From the NCBI GenBank assembly GCA_947626565.1, contig CANQSQ010000002.1:1003-65002 (forward strand): 64,000 bases of DNA, written 5' to 3'. Origin of the DNA: an uncultured Bacilli bacterium. Its GTDB lineage: Bacteria; Bacillota_I; Bacilli_A; RF39; UBA660. The notes beneath the pieces are model-generated. The model was not told the origin of the DNA. It did no database searches and saw only the letters and a program-made list of their open reading frames with translations. Each line of letters opens with the position of its first letter. The first letter of the stretch is position 1. This document shows, in pieces, positions 1 to 9,670 of this stretch. A program made the translations under genes and the position numbers.

Positions 1-218
1 ATCTTTCTTATGATTATCTTAGTATTTCAGATGTTAATAAAACAATTCGTACTTTAATGGATGATTATCATTATAAGATTACCAAAAAAGCAACTAAGGT
101 TGATGGTGTAACTACATTTAGTATGACTAATACTAAAAAAGATAAAGGAATAAAAAAGGTGAAGTTTACTATTTATAAAAACAATAAAGTTAAAGTAGAA
201 TATTTTAAAGAAAGTTAA
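1..218 (+). CDS. 3' end of a hypothetical protein (partial, runs off window start)
   Basis: Open frame from 3 to TAA at 216-218 (LSYDYLSISDVNKTIR...KVKVEYFKES*); its stop abuts the RBS (aaggtga) of the next gene. Confidence 0.7.
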   Translation, partial: LSYDYLSISDVNKTIRTLMDDYHYKITKKATKVDGVTTFSMTNTKKDKGIKKVKFTIYKNNKVKVEYFKES

Positions 219-228
219 GGTGATTTAA

Positions 229-3200
229 ATGAGAAAAATATTTCAAAAGAAAATTATTTTGATTAGTCTTTTAACTATTGTTTTTGCAACGATGATTTGT
301 TATTTAAATGTTGATGCAGCTAGTGCTGTAATTTATAATGCTAATGAATGGAGTACTTTTAAGGATAGGACAAAAGAAGATATTGCTAAAGAGTATTCTA
401 AAGTATTAAAGGTAAGTGGTACTTATCGAAATGGTAAAAGTGATACTTATTATAAAGTAAAACCTTCAGATTCATCTCCTTATGAAAGTGGAGTACTAAC
501 AGATGATACACTTGCTGTTATGTCTCAAATGGCCAATTATTATAGATATTTAGTTGGTGTTGAGCCATTAGCAAAATACGCTGAGCATTCAGATGTTTTA
601 CAAGCAGGTGCTTTGATTAGAACTTTTGATTTTAATCATCGTGTAAGTGATGATTATAAGCCAGATGATATGGATGAGGAACTTTGGACTAAAGGGAAGA
701 ATGCCCCTCATAATATCATAGCCCAGGGGTATAGTCCACGAGGAGCTATAACAGGTTGGATGAGTGAAGGATATAGTTCAATGGGTTGGGATACTCTTGG
801 TCATAGAATGGCTATTATTAAAGCAACTCTTAGTGAACTAGAATTTGGTTACTCTGTAGATGTTGCGATTGGTGGTATGAAGGCCTTTAATAATAAGCAG
901 TCTCTAGCTTTTAATGCTTTCCCAGCACCTGGATATATGCCAAATCAATTTGATGCTAAAGATAGTGCATGGTCAATAGAATTTAATAAAAGTAAGTTAA
1001 AATATAATAGTATTAATGATGTAACAGTTAAAGTTACTGATTTAAGTACTAATGAAAGTTATGATTGTACTGCAGCTAATCAAAAATTAAAAGAGTTAGA
1101 TGGTGTTCTTGCTTTTGCACAACCTTCTAGTAGTTTATATTATAGGGAATATGAAGTAGGAGCTAAATTTAAAGTAGAAGTAACAGGTTTAGTTGACGTT
1201 AGTACTTCAAATCCTGCAGAAATAGTTTATACAACAGAATTTTTCGATGTTGATGAATATGCTGATTCATATGTTACATCTGCTTCTGTAAAAGATAGCT
1301 TAAATAATTTTAAATTAACATCTTCTATGCTAACGGAAGAAAATTTAGAGATATTAACACAAATTTTATCTAAAAAAGTTATCGTTAACACAGAAGGTGG
1401 TAGAAAAGCTACGTTAGATGTAGCAGGAGAATGGCAATTAGATACAGCAAATAAGAAATGGACAAATACTATAGATAAAACTAAGCTACCAGACTATATA
1501 ACAGATCCAGATAAAATTTTAGATAAACAATTAGAACTTAATTATGACGAAATAAATTACACTGGTTCATTTACTATTAGCCCATCAGCACCAACTGAAG
1601 GGGCAAGTGGTACTATGCGTATTTCAAAATACATGACGGGAAGATCTGATTTTAAAATTTATCAAGTAACGAAGAAGAGTAGAAGTAACAATTATAATAT
1701 TGTTGAAAAATATAATAGTGAAACACCAAATGTTGAGAATAATGATTTTTATATTAGTGTAAATGTTGATTCTTTTAATAAAGACGATGCTGGTAAATAT
1801 ATTGCTATGTACTATGGAAGTTATGGAGGAACTTATATTGCTGGAATAAAAGATTTGGAAATTAAAGCAAAAGAAGTAAAATCCATTACGGTAACACCAC
1901 CAACAAAAAATACTTATAAAGTTGGTGAAGAGTTAGATGTAAAAGGCGGTAAGGTTCAAGTAGTTTATGAAGATGATTCGACTTCAGAAATTGATATGAC
2001 TGAAGCAATGGTTACAGATTTTTCAACTAAGAATAAAGGAATAACTGTTGCAACAGTAACATATGGAAATAAAACAGCTACTTTTGATAATTTAGTTGTT
2101 GGTTCTCCATCAAATTTAACTGCTGAATATGGAAAAACACTAAAAGATATAGAATTACCAACTGATGATTATGGAACTTATTCTTGGCAAGATGATCAAG
2201 ATACTTCTGTTGGAAATATTGGTATGAGAACTTTTAAAGTAAAATATACACCAAAAGATACTAAATATAGTACTGTAGATGAAATAGAAGTAAAAGTTGA
2301 AGTAGTAAAAGCTACACCTAAGTATCAAACACCATTAACTTTAACAGCTACTTATGGTGATGTTTTAAGTAGTATAAAATTACCAACAGCTGATAATGGT
2401 ACTTATGAGTTTGAACAATTATTATCAACAGAAGTTGGTAATGCTGGCATTAATGAAGATGATTTTACTGTTAAATTTACACCAAAAGATACGACAAATT
2501 ATAAAACAATTACTAATATTCCTGTTGTTTTAACAATTAAGAAAGCTATTCCTAGTTTTAATGTTCCTAAGAATTTAGAAGCTGGTTATGGGGATACTTT
2601 AAAAGATGTTAAACTTCCAAGTGGTTTTACTTGGAATGATGAAAATACTTCTGTAGGTGAAGTAGGTACACATTCATTTCCAGCAACTTATACACCAAAA
2701 GATACAGCAAATTATGAGATTGTAACGGATGTAGAAATTGAAGTTAAAGTTGATAAAGCTACTCCTGAATATGAAATACCTACAGGTTTAACAGCTACTT
2801 ATGGAAATACGTTAGCTGATGTTAAATTACCAGAAGCTACAAATGGTACTTATACTTGGAAAGATAATAAGACTACATCTGTTGGTAATGTTGGAAAAAA
2901 TAAATTTGAAGTAATTTTTACTCCTAATGAATCAGAAACTTATCGTACTGTTACAATGGAAGTAGAGATAACAGTAGCTAAAGCAAATCCAAAATATGAA
3001 GTACCTTCAGGTTTAACGGCTACTTATGGAGATACGTTAGCTGATGTTAAATTACCACAAGCAACTAATGGTACTTATGAGTGGCAAGATAATGAAGATA
3101 CGAAAGTAGGTAATGCTGGAAAAAATAAATTTAAACTAAATTTTATTCCTAAAGACACAAATAATTATAATACTGTTGAAAATATTGAAGTAGAAATAAC

Positions 3201-5118
3201 AGTTGCTAAAGCTAATCCTGAATATAAAATACCAAATAACTTAACAGTTGAATATGGTAAGAAACTAGAAGATGTTTCTTTACCGGCTGAATTTAGTTGG
3301 TTAAATCCATCAGAATCAGTAGGAGAGGTAGGTAAAAAAGCCTTTAGTGCTACTTATACTCCTACAGATCAACAAAATTATAATAATGTTCAAGTAGAAA
3401 TTCCACTTGAGGTAGTAAAAGCTACACCAAAATATGAAGTACCAACTAATTTAACAGCAACATATGGTGATACATTAGCTGATATAGAGTTACCAGTTCT
3501 TGAGAATGGTCGATTTGAGTTTGAAGCTATTTTGACAACCGAAGTAGGTAGAGCTGGTACTAATAAATTTTATTTAACATTTACACCAGTAGATCAAAAG
3601 AATTATAAAACGGTTGAACATATTGAAGTAACAATTTTAGTTAAGAAAGCTAAGGGTGAAAAAGTTGAAATTCCAACTCTTGATGAAGTAGTTTATAATC
3701 CAAATAAGCATTTAGCAGATATTGATTTACCAGAACATTGGCAATGGGCTGATCCAACAATTGTTCCAACTGTAGTAAATAGTGGTTATCAAGCAATTTA
3801 TACACCTGAGGATGCTAATAATTATGATTATTCAGATCAAGATTTAAAACCAATTTTAACGCTTGTTGTTAAAAAAGCTAAGCCAGAATATGCTTTGCCA
3901 GTATTAACAGCTTATAAAAATGAAACATTAAATGATGTGGTATTACCAGAATTATCAAATGGAAAATTCTCATGGCAAGATAGTTTGAGTACCCCAGTAG
4001 GAGATGTTGGAACTCGTAAATTTAAAGTTACATTTACTCCAAATGATACTGATAACTATGAAATAATTACGGATATTGAAGCTACTATTGAAGTTGGTAA
4101 GTTAAGACCATCTTATACTGTTCCAACTGGTTTAAGAGCAACATATGGCGATACATTAGAAAGTGTTGTGTTACCAGAAGGATTTACTTGGAATACACCA
4201 GAAGCATTGGTTGGAGATGCTGGAGAACATATTTTCTTAGCAACATTTACACCAACAGATACAGAAAATTATAGTAGTGTTACTAATATTGAAGTAAAGG
4301 TCATAGTTGATAAGAAAAAGGCAGAAGCAATAGTTGTTCCTGTAATTGATGAAGTAGGTTATGATCCTAATCGTACATTAGCTGATATTACGTTACCAGA
4401 ACATTGGCAATGGGCAGATTCAACAATTGTACCAACAGTAGGTAATGCTGGATATCAAGCAATTTATACACCAGATGATGCTAATAATTATGATTATTCT
4501 GAACAAAATTTAACACCATTTATTAAAGTTCCAGTAAAGAAAGCTGATCCAAATTATACAGTACCTAGTAATTTACAAGTAGAATGGGGAAGTACATTAG
4601 CTGATTTACAATTACCAAATGGCTTTAGTTTACAAGGTGATACTGATCAGTTAGTAGGTGAAATAGGTACTAGAAAGGTTACTTTAACATATACACCTGA
4701 TGATACAAATAATTATAATGTAGTTACAGATATTGAAGTATCAATAACTATTACAAAGGCAACTTTGAAGGTAAAGACTCCAGATGATATTAGTGTTCAA
4801 TTAAGTGATGGTTTAAAATTAGCAGATCTTGTTTTACCAGAGGGATATAGATGGTTAGATCCAGATATGGTACTTACTTCTTCTGGTTTATATCAAGTAG
4901 TTTATACTCCAGAAGATACTGAACATTATGCTGATATAATTACATATGTTAAAGTAAATGTTATATCTGATACTATTTCAAATAGAGAAGTTGATAATAA
5001 TGAAGCTATACCAAATACGGTAGATGGTATTTTTAAATATTTTGTACTAGCAATTATGTCGTTAATATCTATTACTAGAGTTGCTTGGTTAATGAGAAAA
5101 GATTCCAAAGCTCTATAA
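229..5118 (+). CDS. Large cell-surface protein: signal peptide, CAP/SCP-like domain, bacterial Ig-like domain, tandem ~75-aa repeats, C-terminal sorting signal
   Basis: N-terminal signal; NYYRYLVGV and GHRMAII (CAP-like); SITVTPPTKNTYKVGEELDVKGG (Big_3-like); repeats KATP.YE.P.LTATYGDTL.D..LP...FTP.D..NY; ends IPNTVDG + hydrophobic helix + RK. Confidence 0.8.
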   Translation: MRKIFQKKIILISLLTIVFATMICYLNVDAASAVIYNANEWSTFKDRTKEDIAKEYSKVLKVSGTYRNGKSDTYYKVKPSDSSPYESGVLTDDTLAVMSQMANYYRYLVGVEPLAKYAEHSDVLQAGALIRTFDFNHRVSDDYKPDDMDEELWTKGKNAPHNIIAQGYSPRGAITGWMSEGYSSMGWDTLGHRMAIIKATLSELEFGYSVDVAIGGMKAFNNKQSLAFNAFPAPGYMPNQFDAKDSAWSIEFNKSKLKYNSINDVTVKVTDLSTNESYDCTAANQKLKELDGVLAFAQPSSSLYYREYEVGAKFKVEVTGLVDVSTSNPAEIVYTTEFFDVDEYADSYVTSASVKDSLNNFKLTSSMLTEENLEILTQILSKKVIVNTEGGRKATLDVAGEWQLDTANKKWTNTIDKTKLPDYITDPDKILDKQLELNYDEINYTGSFTISPSAPTEGASGTMRISKYMTGRSDFKIYQVTKKSRSNNYNIVEKYNSETPNVENNDFYISVNVDSFNKDDAGKYIAMYYGSYGGTYIAGIKDLEIKAKEVKSITVTPPTKNTYKVGEELDVKGGKVQVVYEDDSTSEIDMTEAMVTDFSTKNKGITVATVTYGNKTATFDNLVVGSPSNLTAEYGKTLKDIELPTDDYGTYSWQDDQDTSVGNIGMRTFKVKYTPKDTKYSTVDEIEVKVEVVKATPKYQTPLTLTATYGDVLSSIKLPTADNGTYEFEQLLSTEVGNAGINEDDFTVKFTPKDTTNYKTITNIPVVLTIKKAIPSFNVPKNLEAGYGDTLKDVKLPSGFTWNDENTSVGEVGTHSFPATYTPKDTANYEIVTDVEIEVKVDKATPEYEIPTGLTATYGNTLADVKLPEATNGTYTWKDNKTTSVGNVGKNKFEVIFTPNESETYRTVTMEVEITVAKANPKYEVPSGLTATYGDTLADVKLPQATNGTYEWQDNEDTKVGNAGKNKFKLNFIPKDTNNYNTVENIEVEITVAKANPEYKIPNNLTVEYGKKLEDVSLPAEFSWLNPSESVGEVGKKAFSATYTPTDQQNYNNVQVEIPLEVVKATPKYEVPTNLTATYGDTLADIELPVLENGRFEFEAILTTEVGRAGTNKFYLTFTPVDQKNYKTVEHIEVTILVKKAKGEKVEIPTLDEVVYNPNKHLADIDLPEHWQWADPTIVPTVVNSGYQAIYTPEDANNYDYSDQDLKPILTLVVKKAKPEYALPVLTAYKNETLNDVVLPELSNGKFSWQDSLSTPVGDVGTRKFKVTFTPNDTDNYEIITDIEATIEVGKLRPSYTVPTGLRATYGDTLESVVLPEGFTWNTPEALVGDAGEHIFLATFTPTDTENYSSVTNIEVKVIVDKKKAEAIVVPVIDEVGYDPNRTLADITLPEHWQWADSTIVPTVGNAGYQAIYTPDDANNYDYSEQNLTPFIKVPVKKADPNYTVPSNLQVEWGSTLADLQLPNGFSLQGDTDQLVGEIGTRKVTLTYTPDDTNNYNVVTDIEVSITITKATLKVKTPDDISVQLSDGLKLADLVLPEGYRWLDPDMVLTSSGLYQVVYTPEDTEHYADIITYVKVNVISDTISNREVDNNEAIPNTVDGIFKYFVLAIMSLISITRVAWLMRKDSKAL
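2100..4960 (+). repeat. Intragenic tandem repeats of ~75 aa (~225 bp), about 13 copies
   Basis: Recurring LTATYGDTLADVKLP / TPxDxxNY; two near-identical variant units (ccagaacattggcaatgggc at ~3730 and ~4396) are 666 bp apart. Confidence 0.85.
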
Positions 5119-5209
5119 TAGTAAATATTTGAGAAAATAAAAATTAAAAGTATAGTAATAATTTAATAACAATTAAGAATAACTTATTTAAAAAAATGGT
5201 ATCAAAATA

Positions 5210-5243
5210 GTATGTCAAGGTAGATTCCTTGGCATACATTTTG
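5210..5243 (+). terminator. Intrinsic terminator after surface protein gene
   Basis: gtatgtcaagg-tagatt-ccttggcatac hairpin followed by attttgttt. Confidence 0.65.
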
Positions 5244-5381
5244 TTTGGAAGTAAAAATTAATTATAAGTAATTTTGGTATATGCTTTAGTACATTTTATT
5301 TTGAAATTAAAAGGTAATGATGAGATTATTTGTATAAAAAATTAAAATGAATAAAAAAATAAAATTTGAAGTGATAAGCTA

Positions 5382-5410
5382 TTGACTTTAACTTTTAAAA
5401 GGTGTACCAT
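5382..5410 (+). promoter_or_regulatory. SigA-type promoter of the rel-like gene leader
   Basis: TTGACT-17 bp-TACCAT, with an AT-rich upstream region. Confidence 0.55.
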
Positions 5411-5439
5411 ATTTGAAAATTAGTTTTGGAGTGATAGCT

Positions 5440-5583
5440 ATGGAAAGTGAATATAAATATCTATCTTTGTCTAATGGGATTGATTTTCAATCCATAAAAA
5501 GTGACATATGTTGCTGTAGAGATTTTTGTTTATGCTATCATTGGGCTTTAAAACAATTAATAAATGTTTTAGTAGGTGTCTAG
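5440..5583 (+). CDS. Putative 47-aa Cys-rich leader peptide
   Basis: RBS ggagtga, ATG 5440, MESEYKYLSLSNGIDFQSIKSDICCCRDFCLCYHWALKQLINVLVGV*; the stop lies inside the 5' arm of a terminator hairpin. Confidence 0.5.
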   Translation: MESEYKYLSLSNGIDFQSIKSDICCCRDFCLCYHWALKQLINVLVGV

Positions 5584-5618
5584 AAGCTATTGTGCTTTTT
5601 AGATGCCTTTTTTGTTTT
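5574..5618 (+). terminator. Leader (attenuator-like) terminator directly upstream of the rel-like RBS
   Basis: aggtgtctagaagc-tattgt-gctttttagatgcct followed by tttttgtttt, then aaggagg. Confidence 0.7.
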
Positions 5619-5635
5619 AAGTAAGGAGGATTTTT

Positions 5636-7075
5636 ATGAAAGAATTGTGTTTGAATGATTTATTAGATTTAGTGGAAGAATATAATCCAGAAGGAAAAGA
5701 AAAAATAAAAAAGGCGTATGAATATGCTGAACATTTACATGAAGGACAAATGCGACAAAGTGGTGAACCTTATATAAGTCATCCATTAAATGTTGCATAT
5801 ATACTAGCTGAAATGCATGCTGATACTGACACTATTTGTGCAGGACTTTTACATGATACATTGGAAGATACAATTATCACAAAAGAGGATATTGCACATG
5901 ATTTTAATCCAGAAATTGCTAATCTAGTGGATGGAGTTACAAAAATTAGTAAATTAAATTTTTCTACTAAACAAGATCAGATTATGGCAAATACAAGAAA
6001 AATAATTACGGGAATTACAGATGATGTTAGAATAATTATTATAAAATTAGCTGATAGAATGCATAATATGAGAACATTACAATTTAAATCCGAATTTAAA
6101 CAAAAAGAAAACTCTATGGAAACAATGGATATATTTGTACCACTGGCTTATTATATAGGGGCATATAGAATTAAATCAGAATTAGAAGATTTATCACTTA
6201 AATATTTGTATCCAGATAAATATAAAAGAATAGAGAACATTAAATTAAGGGTGGAAGATGATAGTAAACATTGTTTAAATGAAATGCTTAGGACGATAAA
6301 TTCTGTACTTGATAATCATTATATACCGCATGATATAAAAGTAAGAACAAAAAATATTTATGGTATATATAAAAGATTAGAACAAGGTAATAAATTATCA
6401 GATATCCATGATTTATTATCATTAAAAATAATGGTTGATTCTATTGCGGATTGTTATTTAACATTAGGTTGTATTCATTCAAAATATCATCCAATAAATG
6501 ATAAATTTAAAGACTATATATTTAATCCTAAAACAAATATGTATCGATCATTACATACAACGGTTTTTGGGGAAGATGATAGATTAGTTCAAACACAAAT
6601 AAGGACATTTGATATGGATAAAATTGCTTCTTTTGGATTAACAGCATATTGGGATATTGAAAAAGGTAATGCAAGAGATGTTATGCAGGAAGATTTAAAA
6701 CAAAAATATCAATTTTTTAAATCATTGGTTGAAATTAATAGTATGTTTGGTGATAATCAAGAGTTTGTTCGTCAAGTAAAGTCGGAGTTATTTTCTGATA
6801 AAATATATGTTTATACGACAAAAGGAGATATAATTGAACTTCCAAAAGGTTCAACGGTAATAGATTTTGCCTATAAAATTCATTCTGATTTAGGTAATAC
6901 TATGGTATCAGCAGTTGTAAATGATAAAGTTGTTGGTCCAGAACATGAATTGAAAACTAAGGATAGAGTTAGAATTATTACCGATGTATTATCATATGGT
7001 CCAAGAGAGGAGTGGCTTGATAAAGTACAAACGACAAAGGCAAAACGAAAGATTAAGGAGTTTAATAAAAAATAA
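5636..7075 (+). CDS. RelA/SpoT homologue (HD hydrolase, synthetase-like, TGS domains; lacks ZFD/ACT)
   Basis: RQSGEPYISHP, LLHDTLED, KLADRMHNMRT, KDYIFNPK, YRSLHT, QIRT, and TGS motif DFAYKIHS. Confidence 0.92.
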   Translation: MKELCLNDLLDLVEEYNPEGKEKIKKAYEYAEHLHEGQMRQSGEPYISHPLNVAYILAEMHADTDTICAGLLHDTLEDTIITKEDIAHDFNPEIANLVDGVTKISKLNFSTKQDQIMANTRKIITGITDDVRIIIIKLADRMHNMRTLQFKSEFKQKENSMETMDIFVPLAYYIGAYRIKSELEDLSLKYLYPDKYKRIENIKLRVEDDSKHCLNEMLRTINSVLDNHYIPHDIKVRTKNIYGIYKRLEQGNKLSDIHDLLSLKIMVDSIADCYLTLGCIHSKYHPINDKFKDYIFNPKTNMYRSLHTTVFGEDDRLVQTQIRTFDMDKIASFGLTAYWDIEKGNARDVMQEDLKQKYQFFKSLVEINSMFGDNQEFVRQVKSELFSDKIYVYTTKGDIIELPKGSTVIDFAYKIHSDLGNTMVSAVVNDKVVGPEHELKTKDRVRIITDVLSYGPREEWLDKVQTTKAKRKIKEFNKK

Positions 7076-7144
7076 TAGACAATTTTTATACTTTTTTGAG
7101 AGTTATTAATGGTTTTTGCTAGCACTATTTATAGTAGAACCTAT

Positions 7145-7170
7145 AAAAAAGTGTGATTGGCACTTTTTTT
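7145..7170 (+). terminator. Intrinsic terminator
   Basis: aaaaaagtg-tgattgg-cacttttttt. Confidence 0.6.
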
Positions 7171-7214
7171 ATTTGGAAAAAACATATATAATATGTTTTA
7201 AGTGGAGATGTGTA

Positions 7215-7555
7215 ATGAAAAAAGTTAAAGCTAAGGATTTTTAGGTAAAGAAGTAGAGGTTATAATGGATAGACCTCTGGGAAGTAGGCATCCAAAACAT
7301 GGTTTTTTGTGTTTACTTAATTATGGATATATTGAAAATACATTAAGTGATGATGGTGAAGAATTAGATGCTTACGTATTAGGATGTTTTGAACCAGTTG
7401 AAAAGTTTACGGGAAAAGTAATTGCTTATATTTATCGAAAAAATGATAATGATGATAAGTTTATTTTTTCTAATAAGGATTATACAGATGAACAAATTAA
7501 AGCTTTAACGGAATTTCAGGAACGTTATTTTGATTCCATTATAATTAGAAAATAG
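7215..7555 (+). pseudogene. Small family I inorganic pyrophosphatase, frameshifted near the 5' end (pseudogene or sequence error)
   Basis: RBS ggag + ATG 7215 reads MKKVKAKDF then TAG; adding one T to the T5 run at ~7238-7242 gives LGKEVEVIMDRPLGSRHPKH...NYGY...DGEELDAY. Confidence 0.7.
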
Positions 7556-7576
7556 CTGTTTTAGGGGGGAAATATT

Positions 7577-9574
7577 ATGGCAGATGATGAAAGAAAATAT
7601 CCACATATCGAAAGACCATGGAAAAAGTGGTATGAGAATACTTATGATATGGAACTTGAAAATACTAATTTAACCGATTATATTAAGAAGAAAAATGTAG
7701 GACGAGAAGATTTAATTGCGGAAACATACTATAAAAATGAAATTAGTTATCGGGAATTATTTCAAAGAATTGATGATGCATCTAGAGCTTTAAGAGCCTT
7801 GGGTGTTGATAAAGGAAAAACAGTTTTTAATTTAGTACCAAATATTCCTGAGAGTGGTCAAATATGGCTTGGAGCTACACAATTAGGAGCGATAAGTGAT
7901 TTTGCTGACCCACGACCTGATAGTATGGATTTAAAGGCTAATGCTTTAAAAATATTGGAGCTTTTAAAGTATGAAAAAGCAGATTATATAGTAGCTTTAG
8001 ATTTATGTTATACATCGATGTTAAAACCAATTGAAAATGAATTAAAAGAGTTAGGTATTAATAATATTGTTGTTGTTTCAGCTAGTGATTCAATGAATAT
8101 TAGAGGAATTATAGATTATTTAAAAGATGTAATTGAATATAATAAGATAAAAAATCAAAAATTAGTTTCAGGAGCAGTGAAGAAATTAAAGTTTTATGAA
8201 GCACTTTATCAAAAAATTACAAAAATGTCAGCTGATAAAAAGGCCTTTGCGACGGCAGTTAAAGATTCACCAATTGAAATAATTAGGTATAAAGATTTAG
8301 TTGCGGAAACGAGAAATGTACCATTTACTGAGGTAAAAGATGAAAATTTAATTAATTATATAGGACATACTAGTGGTACTAGTGGAGCTAAACCTAAACC
8401 TATTCCCCTTACGAATAAAAATCATATTTTTGCGACAGAACAGGCTTTTAAAATGGGAGTTAATGTTTGGCCAGGACAAACAGCGATTCATGAATTACCT
8501 TTCTTTTCCCCTCTAGGAGCTGATAATAATTATATTTTGGATTTGGCATGTGGCGCTAATTTGTTGGATGTACCAGAATTTGAAATAAATGAATTTGGTT
8601 ATTTAGTAAAGAAATATAAGCCTAATATTATTATTGGGACGCCTTCTTGGTTTAGTCAGTTGCCTAAATGTCAATATATAAAGGACATAGATTTGTCTAA
8701 TTTAGAAAGAGTAATTTATGGAGGAGATTCCATGGATAAAAAAATTGAAGTGGAATTAGAGAACTGGTTAAAAGACCATAATGGTCCTACATATGTAGAA
8801 AAAGGACATGGTATGAGTGAGTATTGTGGCGGAGGAACATACGCTACTGGTAAATGGAATCGTTATGAATCAATAGGTATACCTTATCCAGATACTATTT
8901 ATGCTATTGTAGATCCTAATATTGAAGATCGTTTGGTACCAGTTAAAACAGTTGATAAGGATGGTTTTATAGCTGGAGAATTAGTAGTATCATCTGATGC
9001 TGTTACAGAGGGAATATTAAATGGTGAAGTAATAGTTCCTCATTATGAAATGGATGGACGTAGTTATATAAGAACTAGAGATTTAGTAAAAATGGATAAA
9101 GATGGAATATTCTATTTTGATGCTAGAAAAGACCGCTCTTTTACAAGATATGATGGTTATAAGATAAAACCTTATGAAATAGAAAATGAAATTAAGAAGA
9201 GTGAGTTGGTAAAAGATTGTATCATTGTTAATTATTTTGATGAAAATAAAAATGGTTTTATGCCAATAGCTCATATAATTTTAGTTGATGATGTTAAGGT
9301 TTATAATAAAGATGATTATGAAAGAATAGTAAAAGAGATAGTATATAAAAATATAATAAAAAATCCTGATATGTCTTCAAGACAAATACCTTCAAAATTC
9401 AAATTTAGAAGTGATTTTCCATTAACTAAGAATAGTAAAGTTAATTATCAAGCCTTAGTTGGTGAAGAATTAGATGAGACAGAAATTAATGTAGAGATAG
9501 AAGAGACGAATTTAGCTGTTAAAGATATAAAAATATATTCTACAGAAAAAGGTAAAGAAAAAGTAAAAAAATAA
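7577..9574 (+). CDS. AMP-binding adenylate-forming enzyme (acyl-CoA ligase family)
   Basis: TSGTSGAKPK P-loop, GHGMSE, RTRDL, GYKIKPYEIE, PLTKNSKV. Confidence 0.85.
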   Translation: MADDERKYPHIERPWKKWYENTYDMELENTNLTDYIKKKNVGREDLIAETYYKNEISYRELFQRIDDASRALRALGVDKGKTVFNLVPNIPESGQIWLGATQLGAISDFADPRPDSMDLKANALKILELLKYEKADYIVALDLCYTSMLKPIENELKELGINNIVVVSASDSMNIRGIIDYLKDVIEYNKIKNQKLVSGAVKKLKFYEALYQKITKMSADKKAFATAVKDSPIEIIRYKDLVAETRNVPFTEVKDENLINYIGHTSGTSGAKPKPIPLTNKNHIFATEQAFKMGVNVWPGQTAIHELPFFSPLGADNNYILDLACGANLLDVPEFEINEFGYLVKKYKPNIIIGTPSWFSQLPKCQYIKDIDLSNLERVIYGGDSMDKKIEVELENWLKDHNGPTYVEKGHGMSEYCGGGTYATGKWNRYESIGIPYPDTIYAIVDPNIEDRLVPVKTVDKDGFIAGELVVSSDAVTEGILNGEVIVPHYEMDGRSYIRTRDLVKMDKDGIFYFDARKDRSFTRYDGYKIKPYEIENEIKKSELVKDCIIVNYFDENKNGFMPIAHIILVDDVKVYNKDDYERIVKEIVYKNIIKNPDMSSRQIPSKFKFRSDFPLTKNSKVNYQALVGEELDETEINVEIEETNLAVKDIKIYSTEKGKEKVKK

Positions 9575-9580
9575 ATTTGT

Positions 9581-9612
9581 AAATAAAAAGTATTGGAAGA
9601 TACTTTTTATTT
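9581..9612 (+). terminator. Intrinsic terminator
   Basis: aaataaaaagtat-tggaag-atactttttattt. Confidence 0.6.
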
Positions 9613-9670
9613 ATTTTAGAAGAAAAATCATGTATAATAAAATTATATAGGATAGAAAGGTAATTATAAG

